From an uncultured candidate division Zixibacteria bacterium (GTDB lineage Bacteria; Zixibacteria; MSB-5A5; GN15; PGXB01): DNA of 64,000 nucleotides. The stretch is from NCBI GenBank assembly GCA_963702205.1, contig OY969724.1, forward strand, positions 2,880,001-2,944,000, written 5' to 3'. Below are positions 1 through 11,067 of this stretch, piece by piece (positions within the stretch are counted from its first letter, which is position 1; every line of letters starts with the position of its first letter). The notes beneath the pieces are model-generated. The model did not search any database and was not told where the DNA came from. It saw only the letters and a list, made by a program, of their open reading frames with translations. The position numbers and the translations under genes are program-made.

Positions 1-96
1 TCCAAAGGTGTTCACATTAGATCCTGTGCAACCTGTTGGAAGATGACCACGGTTTCTTGATAGCTCAAGAAACACGCTTCTCGTTTACAGTTATGA

Positions 97-111
97 AGTT
101 GTCAAAGAGCA
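97..111 (-). promoter_or_regulatory. boxA-like rrn antitermination element in the 16S-23S spacer
   Basis: Minus strand TGCTCTTTGACAACT, boxA-like; near-identical copy in the rrn leader at 2121-2135. Confidence 0.7.
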
Positions 112-124
112 ATTTTTCTTTTTA

Positions 125-197
125 TGGAGATGATCGGGATCGAACCGACGACCTGTGGCTTGCAAAGCCACCGCTCTCCCAACTGAGCTACATCCCC
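125..197 (-). tRNA. tRNA-Ala(TGC), CCA not encoded
   Basis: Minus strand GGGGATGTAGCTCAGTTGGGAGAGCG-GTGGC-TTTGCAA-GCCAC...GGTTCGATCCC-GATCATCTCCA; cloverleaf in the rrn spacer. Confidence 0.97.
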
Positions 198-204
198 AAA
201 GCTT

Positions 205-278
205 TGGGCCTAGGTGGAATTGAACCACCGACCTCGCGCTTATCAGGCGCGCGCTCTAACCAACTGAGCTACAGGCCC
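205..278 (-). tRNA. tRNA-Ile(GAT), CCA not encoded
   Basis: Minus strand GGGCCTGTAGCTCAGTTGGTTAGAGCG-CGCGC-CTGATAA-GCGCG...GGTTCAATTCC-ACCTAGGCCCA. Confidence 0.97.
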
Positions 279-399
279 TTTACAAGGGCCAGGCTAATGC
301 GCGACCCGAAATTTATAACTAATAGCAGGTACCGCTGAAAATTCAGGTTCCGATAATGTGTTCGACCTAGGATAGTAAACTGTCGAGACGGTTTACCAC

Positions 400-1960
<1,561 letters not shown>

Positions 1961-2120
1961 TTATATAAAACATCTTTCGACATTTTAATTAACAGAGATT
2001 GATTCCAAGAACACGAGTGTTGTTCTCGATTCACAAAAAGAGTTTCGATCGTGCTAAAAAACACGATTGAGACCCACACTATCGTACCTAATTGAATTAT
2101 CAATTCGGCACCTGCTATTT

Positions 2121-2135
2121 AGTTGTCAAAGAACA
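2121..2135 (-). promoter_or_regulatory. rrn leader boxA-like element
   Basis: Minus strand TGTTCTTTGACAACT downstream of the rrn promoter. Confidence 0.7.
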
Positions 2136-2187
2136 TTAGTCCTTCTTTCGGACAAAAAAACCTGCCCGCTTTGCCAGGCAGACCGGG

Positions 2188-2216
2188 AGTATATATCCGA
2201 AACCACGGATTGTCAA
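2188..2216 (-). promoter_or_regulatory. sigma70 promoter of the rRNA operon
   Basis: TTGACA-17 nt-TATACT on the minus strand with an A/T-rich UP-like region upstream. Confidence 0.85.
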
Positions 2217-2519
2217 GGGGTATTTTTAGCTAAAACGTAATTTTTTTTAAAATACTACCCGGCGTCCCTCAACTACTATTAGAAGAGCAAAATCGAGTCT
2301 AAAGTTCCCGCGATTTCGATTTCATTTCGGGCCCTTTAAACCTCTCTGTTCTTCGGCAATCGGGACACTTTCTTTAGCTCCACTATGGCCTCCCCGCCAT
2401 ACTCCCTTTTCATATTTAAACACCTCAAAAACGGCGGCGTTCGGGACATTTATATTGCCCGGAACTATTGGCCGGACGGGCTCGTTGTCGTATATTAAGA
2501 TACGAACTCGTTTTGGAAT

Positions 2520-3269
2520 TTGCTTATGTGTGGTCGAGGATATAAAAGACTGAATAAAATCGATCTGGGACGAACCGCCTACAGGGATACGTGGTCGCTC
2601 CAGAAGGACCTGGCGGTCAAACGCCGCCAGGGTTTTATCGCCGACTGCCTGATTATAACCGAGCACAATCCTGTCATCACCATGGGTCGCGGCACCAGCC
2701 GCGAAAACCTCCTTGCCACGCCCGACATTTTAAGAAAGAAGGGCGTGGAACTCTTTGAGATAGAACGCGGCGGCGACATAACATTCCACGGTCCCGGACA
2801 GCTGGTGGTTTATCCGATCGTGGATTTAACGGTACGCGGGCGTGACGTCCACAAATATCTCCGCGACCTCGAACAGTTGATGATTTCAACCCTGGCCGAT
2901 TTCGGGCTCGACGCCGGAGTCAAAAACGGTCTGACGGGTGTCTGGGTTGGCGATCACAAGGTCGGCGCTATCGGCGTCGCGGTATCAAAATGGGTCACCT
3001 ATCACGGACTGGCGCTCAATGTCAATACCGACCTCGATTATTTCAAGCTGATCAATCCCTGCGGCATAACTCAATTCCCGGTTGGTTCGGTGTCCGGGCT
3101 TCTGGGGCAGGAGGTCCCCCTCACCAAATTGGCGGAAGGGCTGTCACAAAATTTCGCGGCGATGTTCGGCTATGAAATGGAGACAATCGAAGATATAAAT
3201 GAATTGTTAAACCGACCGCAGTCGACCGTAGCCTTCCGGGCAGGAGAAGGAACCGATGGAAATAATTAA
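2520..3269 (+). CDS. lipB: lipoyl(octanoyl) transferase
   Basis: EHNPVITMG, RGGDITFHGPGQLVVYP, KVGAIG, HGLALNV, INPCG motifs; start uncertain. Confidence 0.95.
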   Translation: MLMCGRGYKRLNKIDLGRTAYRDTWSLQKDLAVKRRQGFIADCLIITEHNPVITMGRGTSRENLLATPDILRKKGVELFEIERGGDITFHGPGQLVVYPIVDLTVRGRDVHKYLRDLEQLMISTLADFGLDAGVKNGLTGVWVGDHKVGAIGVAVSKWVTYHGLALNVNTDLDYFKLINPCGITQFPVGSVSGLLGQEVPLTKLAEGLSQNFAAMFGYEMETIEDINELLNRPQSTVAFRAGEGTDGNN

Positions 3270-3882
3270 TCCGGCGCTCAATGAATATATGCGGGACCTT
3301 CTCCCCGACCGCGATCCGGTTCTGCTCGAAATGGAGCAGTATGCTCGCGAGCACAAATTTCCGATAGTCGGTGCTTTGGTCGGGACGTTTTTGTCTCAGA
3401 TGGCTTTTTTGATTGGCGCCAGGGACATATTCGAGATGGGGTCGGGATACGGGTATTCCGCATACTGGTTCGCCAAGGGCATGCCCGACGGTGGTCATAT
3501 AATTTGTACCGATGGTGAGCAGGACAATATGGATCTTGCCCGGGAGTATCACCAAAGGGGCGATTTTAAGGCCAATTTCGATTATCATTCCCGCGATGCC
3601 CGCGAAATTATCAGCAGGTTCGACGGCCCCTTCGACATAATATTTAACGACATCGACAAGGAACAGTACCCCGAGGCGTTCGAGCTGGCGGTACCGCGTC
3701 TGCGCCGAGGTGGTCTGTTTATCACTGACAACGTCTTATGGTCCGGCCGTGTACTCGATGATAATCCGTCGGACTCAACCAAAGGTATCCTTGAATTCAA
3801 CCGGCTGCTTTTCAATTCGCCGGATTTAATGGCCGGTATAGTGCCGATCCGCGACGGCCTCGCGTTCGCGGTGAAGAAGTAA
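3256..3882 (+). CDS. class I SAM-dependent O-methyltransferase (Methyltransf_3-like)
   Basis: EMGSGYGYS, FDIIFNDIDKEQY, DNVLWSG, RDG motifs. Confidence 0.9.
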   Translation: MEIINPALNEYMRDLLPDRDPVLLEMEQYAREHKFPIVGALVGTFLSQMAFLIGARDIFEMGSGYGYSAYWFAKGMPDGGHIICTDGEQDNMDLAREYHQRGDFKANFDYHSRDAREIISRFDGPFDIIFNDIDKEQYPEAFELAVPRLRRGGLFITDNVLWSGRVLDDNPSDSTKGILEFNRLLFNSPDLMAGIVPIRDGLAFAVKK

Positions 3883-3908
3883 TATTCGGTTTTTCAATAA
3901 ATAATGTA

Positions 3909-4763
3909 CTATTCGCCGGACGGCTTCAACAATATTGCATTTATAAATTTATCCAGCCCCTGAATGTATGTCTGGCCCGACGTGAAATAACCGTCATCGT
4001 GCGTACCCGTGATTTCCAGAAATGTCTTTGGTTCGTTGGCGATCTTAAACAGCTCCCGGCCGAATTCGATCGGAATAAGATTATCGTCGCGGCTGTGCAC
4101 TATCAATACCGGGCACGTGCAATGCGCCAGATCGTCGGCGGCGTTATAACGATAGTGAATCATCAAACGAATCGGAAAGTACGGAAACATGCGGGCGGCG
4201 ATATCACCGGCCGAGGTAAAGGTCGACTCCAGAATCAGACCGCCGGGATTAACGTCGCGAGCGAGGTGCGCCGCCACCGCCCCACCCAGAGAGCGGCCGT
4301 GGATTATTATATTCGACGGATTAATATCTTTCTTGCGTACGAGATACAACCAGGCGGCTTTGGCGTCCTTGTATGTGCCGACTTCCGACGGTTCTCCTTC
4401 GCTCTGGCCATAACCGCGATAGTCGAATATCAGGACGTTGAGTTTAAGGTCGTGGAGAATCTTCATCAGGCTGACACGGTGCGAGATATTGCCGCCGTTG
4501 CCGTGGCATAAGAGAACCGTGGCGCGGGCGCTGTCGCACGGGACATACCATCCGAGCAGCCGAACACCATCCTCGCTTTGAATCGAAACCGCCTCGTACA
4601 TAAGGCCGACATTGGACGGGTTATTGTCCATCGCATGAGTCGGGTAGTACACGAAGTGCGACTGGAAAAGGGTCAATAAAATGGCCAGGATCAGATACAC
4701 CCCGATCGCGACCATAATGACCGCCCGCAATATAATCCAGAATTTATGTCCGTCGAGTTCCAT
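3909..4763 (-). CDS. membrane-anchored alpha/beta hydrolase (BEM46/ABHD13-like)
   Basis: N-terminal TM helix, HGNGGN, DYRGYG, GRSLGG nucleophile elbow, HSRDD, H-D-D. Confidence 0.9.
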   Translation of the reverse strand: MELDGHKFWIILRAVIMVAIGVYLILAILLTLFQSHFVYYPTHAMDNNPSNVGLMYEAVSIQSEDGVRLLGWYVPCDSARATVLLCHGNGGNISHRVSLMKILHDLKLNVLIFDYRGYGQSEGEPSEVGTYKDAKAAWLYLVRKKDINPSNIIIHGRSLGGAVAAHLARDVNPGGLILESTFTSAGDIAARMFPYFPIRLMIHYRYNAADDLAHCTCPVLIVHSRDDNLIPIEFGRELFKIANEPKTFLEITGTHDDGYFTSGQTYIQGLDKFINAILLKPSGE

Positions 4764-4844
4764 AATTACTTAAATCTACGATAATTCTCCAATATCCATA
4801 GCCATTGAAATTATAGACATTTCTACAATGACATTGCAATAATT

Positions 4845-4879
4845 AAAAAACCCGGGAATTTTGTCTTTTCCCGGGTCTT
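4845..4879 (-). terminator. intrinsic terminator
   Basis: ACCCGGGAA...TTCCCGGGT hairpin followed by a T tract on the minus strand. Confidence 0.7.
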
Positions 4880-4900
4880 AATAAAAGTCAATTTATCAAA

Positions 4901-6772
4901 TTAATATAGATTTTCAAGTGTCATATTACAAGTAACCGGCTTGTCGCCGCGCATGACGGAAAATTCATATTTCGTCCCGGCCGGTTTTCGCAGCATATCC
5001 ATAATTTTCAGGACACCGCCGAAGTTTTCGACGTCGATCCCGTTGATGGCCATAACTATATCATCTTTCTTGAAACCGCTCTTTTCGGCCGGAGTCCCCG
5101 GAGAAACGAAGAACACAGTGGTTTTATCATCATCGGAATTGATAAGTTGCAAACCCGAATGATCGACCGGAAATTCATACGCGAAATTGTCTCCTTTTTC
5201 GAGAATCATCCTTTGGTCTTTGTAATCAAAATACATAACGAAATGCCGGAAGAGCGAATTTCCGAGGTTGCCGGTGAGGTCGGCCTGTCGGAACGACCCG
5301 GTACCTTCTTCAAGAGGATACGATATTATCGGCTCGTTGACCGTAAATCCGGCGATTTCTATCGTTTTGAATCTGGCCAACTTTGTCATAAAAGTCCCTC
5401 CGGCGCCCACACCCACGTGTTCGATACCACCAGTATCGAATATCCCGTTCTTTTTAGCGTACGGATAGTGAAAGCTTTCGCCGCCGGCGCCGACGTCGAC
5501 CGTCCAGAGCCCGGTATATTTTCCGTCGACGGTCGCGTTAATTTCAAACATATTATTGGACAACGGTGTCTCTTCCACCGCACCTTCGCCGTCGTACTTG
5601 AACTGATCGGGATCATAAAAAGAAATCAGCCCTTTGGCATAGTCAATTTTAACAACGAATCTGCTCAGGAAATCATACCCGAGAATTCCACAAACATTTA
5701 GTCCCAGTTGGTGGAAGAGCGAGGCGATATCTATAGCCGCCACCCTTTGCTTTTCGAATTTAATGCCCTTAAGTTCAAACGGCGGCAGTTCGGTGAAAGA
5801 CACATTGACGACGTTGCCCGCCCCCTGGCCTTTAAGGTTACCTTCGAGTTTAAGCCCGAGTTCGTCGGCATATTTCTTGTCAATGACGGTCATGCCCGCG
5901 CCGGTATCGAGGCACCAAAGTCGTTTTTCACCGTTCAGCATCACTTGAAAGTACACATGCCGGTCAAGAAACTGAAACGGGATATTTTCAGCCGAGACAC
6001 CGTTCGCGAAGATATAATCTTTGACGTCCTCGGTCGGCGGCTCGAACAATGACTGGTCGATTTCCGGATTGCCCTTGTATTCGGTAATCTCAATTTGCTG
6101 AACCTGACCGACGGGAAGATTTTCGCTTTCCTGCTTATACGGTATCAGCAGTTTGCCGGCCATTCTGAAGTCCGAAAAGGTCGTGTGGGTTTCGTCGCGG
6201 GGCGTGACCACGTCCGACCTGAGCAGACGAAATGAATCCATGTCGATATAGTCATAAGTGACGTCATCATTAATGGTATTGGTAATTTTGATTTTGTAAC
6301 AATTTTTGTCGCCAACTTTCTCGGTGCCGTCCAGCGAGACGTTGAATATTTTCGAGTCCCGATTCAGGAATTCATTTTCGTCCTGGTATTTTTGCAGCTC
6401 CCGCCGTTTGAGAGATTCCTCGTCCTTGACAATCTGCAGCTTGCCATTGGTGTCGATAGCCCAGGGATATTCACCGTTGTCGCCGCTGGTTTGTTTGATG
6501 ACTCCGAGGTCAACTTCCTGGCGGCTTTTGTACGGCCTCTGTGACCATGTTTTGGCGGTACCCTTCAGGCCCGTGCCGACCAGATCGACGTTGGCTTCGA
6601 CATAGCTCGATTTTTCGGCGTTGAGATTATCGAGCCCGCCCATGGCGTCGATGTATTTGTTAAGAATAACGTACGGGTCTTTGAGGCTTCCCTGTGCCAT
6701 AATCGACCCCGCCGAAATAACAACCAGGCATACGACCACTGAGATTGAGATTAGCATCAATTGTAATTTCAT
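4901..6772 (-). CDS. secreted retropepsin-like aspartyl protease with LolA-like N-terminal region and C-terminal PDZ domain
   Basis: Signal peptide; LDTGA...GILG and VDVGA...GNLG lobes; PGTPAEKSG...DIVMAING PDZ; AGGAGG RBS before ATG at 6772. Confidence 0.85.
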   Translation of the reverse strand: MKLQLMLISISVVVCLVVISAGSIMAQGSLKDPYVILNKYIDAMGGLDNLNAEKSSYVEANVDLVGTGLKGTAKTWSQRPYKSRQEVDLGVIKQTSGDNGEYPWAIDTNGKLQIVKDEESLKRRELQKYQDENEFLNRDSKIFNVSLDGTEKVGDKNCYKIKITNTINDDVTYDYIDMDSFRLLRSDVVTPRDETHTTFSDFRMAGKLLIPYKQESENLPVGQVQQIEITEYKGNPEIDQSLFEPPTEDVKDYIFANGVSAENIPFQFLDRHVYFQVMLNGEKRLWCLDTGAGMTVIDKKYADELGLKLEGNLKGQGAGNVVNVSFTELPPFELKGIKFEKQRVAAIDIASLFHQLGLNVCGILGYDFLSRFVVKIDYAKGLISFYDPDQFKYDGEGAVEETPLSNNMFEINATVDGKYTGLWTVDVGAGGESFHYPYAKKNGIFDTGGIEHVGVGAGGTFMTKLARFKTIEIAGFTVNEPIISYPLEEGTGSFRQADLTGNLGNSLFRHFVMYFDYKDQRMILEKGDNFAYEFPVDHSGLQLINSDDDKTTVFFVSPGTPAEKSGFKKDDIVMAINGIDVENFGGVLKIMDMLRKPAGTKYEFSVMRGDKPVTCNMTLENLY

Positions 6773-6873
6773 CACCTGACCTCCTATGTTTATCGTACAT
6801 TTTGTCAAATCATGATATCATTCTTAGACTGATTAAACATTAAAATAGTTACAAATTTTCGTGGAGGATATTC

Positions 6874-6900
6874 AAAAAAAGCGGGCCGGGAGGCCCGCTT
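6874..6900 (-). terminator. intrinsic terminator
   Basis: AAGCGGGCC-GGGA-GGCCCGCTT hairpin with a T tract on the minus strand. Confidence 0.75.
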
Positions 6901-6911
6901 AAGGCGGCGGC

Positions 6912-7553
6912 TTAGCTGCCGGAATTCAGATAAAATACCATCAAGCCATCCATGGTTTTATTGGTTTCATCGAGCTGTGGCTGCAATGTCTTGATAACAA
7001 TGTAATTCGATTTCGGGAAATAATAGACTTCTCTGATCATATAGTTTTTGTAGACACCCTCATTATGGCTGTAAAGTAGCTTCCATGTGGCTCCGTGAAT
7101 CAGCGGCTGATCGCAACCGTCGTCGGGACCGTATTCCCAATTCCACGTAACCGCATTGTTTTTCGGCAACTGCCAAAAACGGCCGGGAAATGTCGTATCC
7201 TTCGGAGCGGGTTCGAAATAGACGCTGTCATTTAAATAGTATTTTCCGTCCGATTTCTCGATTGAAATGCTCGAATCGGCGCCAAGATCGTTCAGATAAT
7301 TTTTCGCCCACACCGGTCCGGCGTACTTGCGATCAAGTGCGTAAGCATCGTCGCTTGACAAGAATATTATATATACAATTTGGTTTCCACAATGACGACC
7401 CTTCTTCCAGTCCGTATGATAAAACAAAAGCGAGTACTCTCCTTTTGTTTTTCCAACGACGGAAATTTCTTGCTTGCACCTGATTTCGACGTCCCCACGA
7501 CTTGTGCTGAACAGGCAAATCAGCCCTAATATTAAAACTATGGTATTTTTCAT
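6912..7553 (-). CDS. secreted hypothetical protein, paralog of 7555-8214
   Basis: Signal peptide; GGAGG RBS before ATG at 7553; shared motifs with the neighbour. Confidence 0.8.
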   Translation of the reverse strand: MKNTIVLILGLICLFSTSRGDVEIRCKQEISVVGKTKGEYSLLFYHTDWKKGRHCGNQIVYIIFLSSDDAYALDRKYAGPVWAKNYLNDLGADSSISIEKSDGKYYLNDSVYFEPAPKDTTFPGRFWQLPKNNAVTWNWEYGPDDGCDQPLIHGATWKLLYSHNEGVYKNYMIREVYYFPKSNYIVIKTLQPQLDETNKTMDGLMVFYLNSGS

Positions 7554-7554
7554 A

Positions 7555-8214
7555 TTATTCACCTCCCGTAGGCGGTGAGATTTTATAAATCAAAATACCG
7601 TCCATACGGTCCAATCCGATCGCTACATATGGCTGATTGGTCAAAATAATAACAAGGTTCGATACCGGGAAAAAGTAGACGGCTTTGAGTGCATAGTTCT
7701 TGTAGAGTCCTTTCTTATAATAATACAGCAACTTTGCGTCGCAGCCCTCAAAGACGGGATAGTCTATGCAGTTAACAGGGCACTTCTTATACCAAATATC
7801 AGCCCCGTAACATTCGTCGGCGAGGCGTTTCATTTTATCATCAAAAGTCGAATCAACCGGCGGCTGCAAAACTGAAATCTGCGAGTTCAGATGATAGACA
7901 CCGCCGTCGCTTTCAAGGGTATCGATTGGCTCTTCGTCATTATTCGCAATGAAATCGTACGCCCAGCCAGCACCGCCTTTGCCGTATTCCGCCATAAATT
8001 GCCTCACTGTATCCGGACTGAACAAAAAGACGTACGTATACCATGAATAGCAATCACCGCCTATTAACAAATCCCAGAGCAGTATCGAATATTCTCCCTG
8101 AGTTTTGCCGTAAATGGTGAATGTCTGGTCACAGCAGCTTGATGCGTCTATCTGTGACGATGCTGATACAAGAATCAGGATTAGAAAAATTAAAGCAAGG
8201 TTGGTCTTTTTCAC
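7555..8214 (-). CDS. secreted hypothetical protein, paralog of 6912-7553
   Basis: AGGAGG RBS, GTG start, signal peptide. Confidence 0.8.
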   Translation of the reverse strand: MKKTNLALIFLILILVSASSQIDASSCCDQTFTIYGKTQGEYSILLWDLLIGGDCYSWYTYVFLFSPDTVRQFMAEYGKGGAGWAYDFIANNDEEPIDTLESDGGVYHLNSQISVLQPPVDSTFDDKMKRLADECYGADIWYKKCPVNCIDYPVFEGCDAKLLYYYKKGLYKNYALKAVYFFPVSNLVIILTNQPYVAIGLDRMDGILIYKISPPTGGE

Positions 8215-8390
8215 AATAGAACCTCCTGATTGACGGGCCGAACATGTATATTATAGAACGATACGACAGTCGTGTCAAATAAAAATGCGGGGCCAAACTC
8301 TGCATTATGTTCTGATCGCAATAAGATGATTTTAATTCTCGTCTGGTCGTTGTGGCTATTGCGCAACCGGCGACCGCGTGAAAAAAAGCC

Positions 8391-8738
8391 CTACGGCGAG
8401 ATGATCTTCCCGAAATCCAGCATCGCCTCGACCGTGTCTTTCATGTTCGTCGGCTGACCTATGCGAAGCTTCTCGGTCCGTCCGAAATACTCCAGACAGG
8501 TGCCGCACGAAAGAATCTGCGAGCCCTCGTTCTCGAATTTTTCGAGGATAACAAGCATGGGCGAGCCCCCGGTTGTAAGAAATATCCCGCTGTTAATACA
8601 AATGATTTTCGCCGGAAGCTGCCCTGCCTCGAGCAGCTTTTCCAGAAACGCACCCATAAGTTTGTCGCCCAAATCGGGCTCCCCCTGTCCGATCCCCGAT
8701 GAGGTCAACATCAAAAGAAAATCGTTGTCGATAGTCAT
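8391..8738 (-). CDS. DsrE-fold sulfur-relay protein resembling the YedF C-terminal domain
   Basis: G-x-G-EPDLG-x-KLM, INSGIFL, ILSCGTCLEYF, TNM motifs. Confidence 0.8.
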   Translation of the reverse strand: MTIDNDFLLMLTSSGIGQGEPDLGDKLMGAFLEKLLEAGQLPAKIICINSGIFLTTGGSPMLVILEKFENEGSQILSCGTCLEYFGRTEKLRIGQPTNMKDTVEAMLDFGKIISP

Positions 8739-8758
8739 CTATCTCTCCTTTGATCGAA

Positions 8759-9595
8759 TTATCTTTTTATAAACCGACCTCGGTTTTTTCGTTCCGGTAT
8801 GCGAGAATTTCTCTGGGCCGGATAGCCTAACGGTGTCACGGTCGCGACATAGTGCTTTTCCGGAATATCGAGAATCTTTTTGACTTCCGGCGTATCCATC
8901 GCTGCAATCCAGCAGGTTCCCAAACCGTAAAACCATGCCGCCAGCATAAAATGATAGGCAGCGATACACCCGTCCTGGACGTGGCGCCGCGAAAAATCCG
9001 GGTCCGAGCAGACCGCCACGGCCAGCGGGGCACGGCCGATCGGCGAAGACGACTGCCCCCGGGTATTGGCCAGGGCGTTTTTGACCGCCTGCTCGTCGAT
9101 AATTTTATAATAGCACGGCTGCGTATTGTGTGATGACGGTGCAAAGCGGCAGGTTTCGAAAATATTATCAAGCACTTGCGGTGGAACCGGCATATCGAAA
9201 AATCGTCGCACTGAGCGGCGCGATGTCAGGAGGTCGTCTCCTGCGCGGAATTCGGCCACAGGATTTTCGAAATACTGGAATTCCAGTCGACTCCCCTCCG
9301 GGTCTTTCGCATAGAAATTATAAATCTGGTATTTGGAATCGAAATCGGGTTTGTTCTCGGAAATATTCTTAAACTTCTCATAAATCTGATCCACCTCTTC
9401 TCTCGATTCGAAGACGAACGTGAGTAGGCCGTCGGTTTGAGCTTTTTCTCTCTCGCAAAATCCGAACAGAAAATTGCCGTGCCTGAATATTAAGCAGTCC
9501 TCCTGAGTCATCCACAGCCGGCACCCCGGAAGCCCTGAATAAAATTCTTTTAGCTTGTCGAGTATGGTGGTCGCAAAAAAGACTATTCCGCTCAT
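8759..9595 (-). CDS. VOC/glyoxalase-nitroreductase fusion protein
   Basis: N-terminal FYAKDPEGSRLEF (VOC); C-terminal RRSVRRF, APSSHNTQP, GLGTCWI (nitroreductase). Confidence 0.85.
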   Translation of the reverse strand: MSGIVFFATTILDKLKEFYSGLPGCRLWMTQEDCLIFRHGNFLFGFCEREKAQTDGLLTFVFESREEVDQIYEKFKNISENKPDFDSKYQIYNFYAKDPEGSRLEFQYFENPVAEFRAGDDLLTSRRSVRRFFDMPVPPQVLDNIFETCRFAPSSHNTQPCYYKIIDEQAVKNALANTRGQSSSPIGRAPLAVAVCSDPDFSRRHVQDGCIAAYHFMLAAWFYGLGTCWIAAMDTPEVKKILDIPEKHYVATVTPLGYPAQRNSRIPERKNRGRFIKR

Positions 9596-9705
9596 GATTG
9601 CCTCCAGAAATTTTCCAAAAATTGCTGGTCAAAGAAGTTTAATATAATAAATGCAATGCAAGACTTAAAATAAAACCAGAGGTCCGGGAATCCGGAAACC
9701 AGAAC

Positions 9706-10299
9706 TCAGCGGAAATGGTGCTTGATTTCGTCAATTATCATATTTGCTTCGGCCTCATCCATACCAATACCGAATTTTACATCTTTCGCGCCATAGTCAA
9801 ATGTAATAATCCCGCTTCCTCCCTGCCAATACTCCATCGGGTGAGCCATTGAAGAAAAAAGACCGGCTTTGCCGCGATCGAATGACAATTTCAAATTCCG
9901 ACAATTATTCAAATCATACTTTTTCGTCCTTTTAAAAAATAAGACTTCTTTCGAAATGGCGATGCCATCCGATGCTATAACAATTCTCTCTTTACCCACA
10001 ATCAGCCATAAAAATGTATATATCGCTATTGCACCGCCAACGGTCCAACCACAAAGCCAGAAAATTAAAAAGGCATTGGATTGTTGGGGTGTTGAATTAT
10101 TCACTTGATTGACATTCAATCCCAGATAATCACCAAACAGAACGGTTGTGACCATTACCATCCCGAATAGCCATGCAATAAGCCAGAATCCGATAAAAAC
10201 CGTGGAGAAAATTCTTTTCTTACTCGGGATTATTATTTCAATCCGGTCGCCTAATTGATTTACTTTTGATCTTCGCTTACCAACAGGTTCATAGTCCAT
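9706..10299 (-). CDS. hypothetical membrane protein (2 TM plus soluble C-domain)
   Basis: Two Trp-rich TM segments; FDYGAK-x-x-x-FG-x-G-x-DEAEA C-terminal motif. Confidence 0.7.
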   Translation of the reverse strand: MDYEPVGKRRSKVNQLGDRIEIIIPSKKRIFSTVFIGFWLIAWLFGMVMVTTVLFGDYLGLNVNQVNNSTPQQSNAFLIFWLCGWTVGGAIAIYTFLWLIVGKERIVIASDGIAISKEVLFFKRTKKYDLNNCRNLKLSFDRGKAGLFSSMAHPMEYWQGGSGIITFDYGAKDVKFGIGMDEAEANMIIDEIKHHFR

Positions 10300-10470
10300 A
10301 TCGAAATTCCCCCGATTTCATCGACTTTATTGCCTCCAATTATATCACAAAGTAATCGACAATTCAATAATAGATTTTTTATTATTGCGTTCGCGCTATA
10401 CATATATAAAGTTTGGGATTGTCCGATATACCGGAACAAAGGGAAATTGAAATCATAGAAAGGAGTCATT

Positions 10471-11067
10471 ATGAAAAAGGGACTTTTGCTCCTGATCGTG
10501 GCCTTGATGGCTATCGGCTGCGGTTCGTCGAAAAAGGTCTATCGCATCAACCCGGAAACCCAGACCGATTTGAGCGGCAACTGGAACGACACCGACGCCC
10601 GCCTCGTGGCCGAAGAAATGGTTAAGGACTGTCTGTCCCGGCCGTGGCTGACCAATTATGTCAAGGAAACCGGCAAGAACCCGGTCGTGACCGTCGGCAC
10701 CATTCGCAATAAAAGCGACGAACATATCGACGTCGAAGTGTTCACCACCGATTTCGAGCGCGAACTGATCAACTCCGGACAGGTGCGATTTGTGGCCGCC
10801 AAGGATTACCGTCAGGAAATCCGCGAAGAGCGTTTCGACCAGCAGGAGTTTGCGTCGCCGGAGACGATGAAAAAAATCCGCAACGAAACCGGCGCCGATT
10901 TCATCCTGATGGGATCGGTCAAGACAATCAACGATGAAGCCGGTGGCACGCTTATCAAGTACTATCAGACCGATCTCGAAATGATCAATATCGAGACGAT
11001 GGAAAAGGTCTGGATCGGTACCAAGAAGATCAAAAAGGAAATTTCCAAAAGTAAAACCAAGTGGTAG
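10471..11067 (+). CDS. LpoB-like lipoprotein (penicillin-binding protein activator family)
   Basis: Lipobox AIGC; DLSGNWNDTD, IRNKSDEHID, GADFILMG, KVWIG. Confidence 0.85.
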   Translation: MKKGLLLLIVALMAIGCGSSKKVYRINPETQTDLSGNWNDTDARLVAEEMVKDCLSRPWLTNYVKETGKNPVVTVGTIRNKSDEHIDVEVFTTDFERELINSGQVRFVAAKDYRQEIREERFDQQEFASPETMKKIRNETGADFILMGSVKTINDEAGGTLIKYYQTDLEMINIETMEKVWIGTKKIKKEISKSKTKW

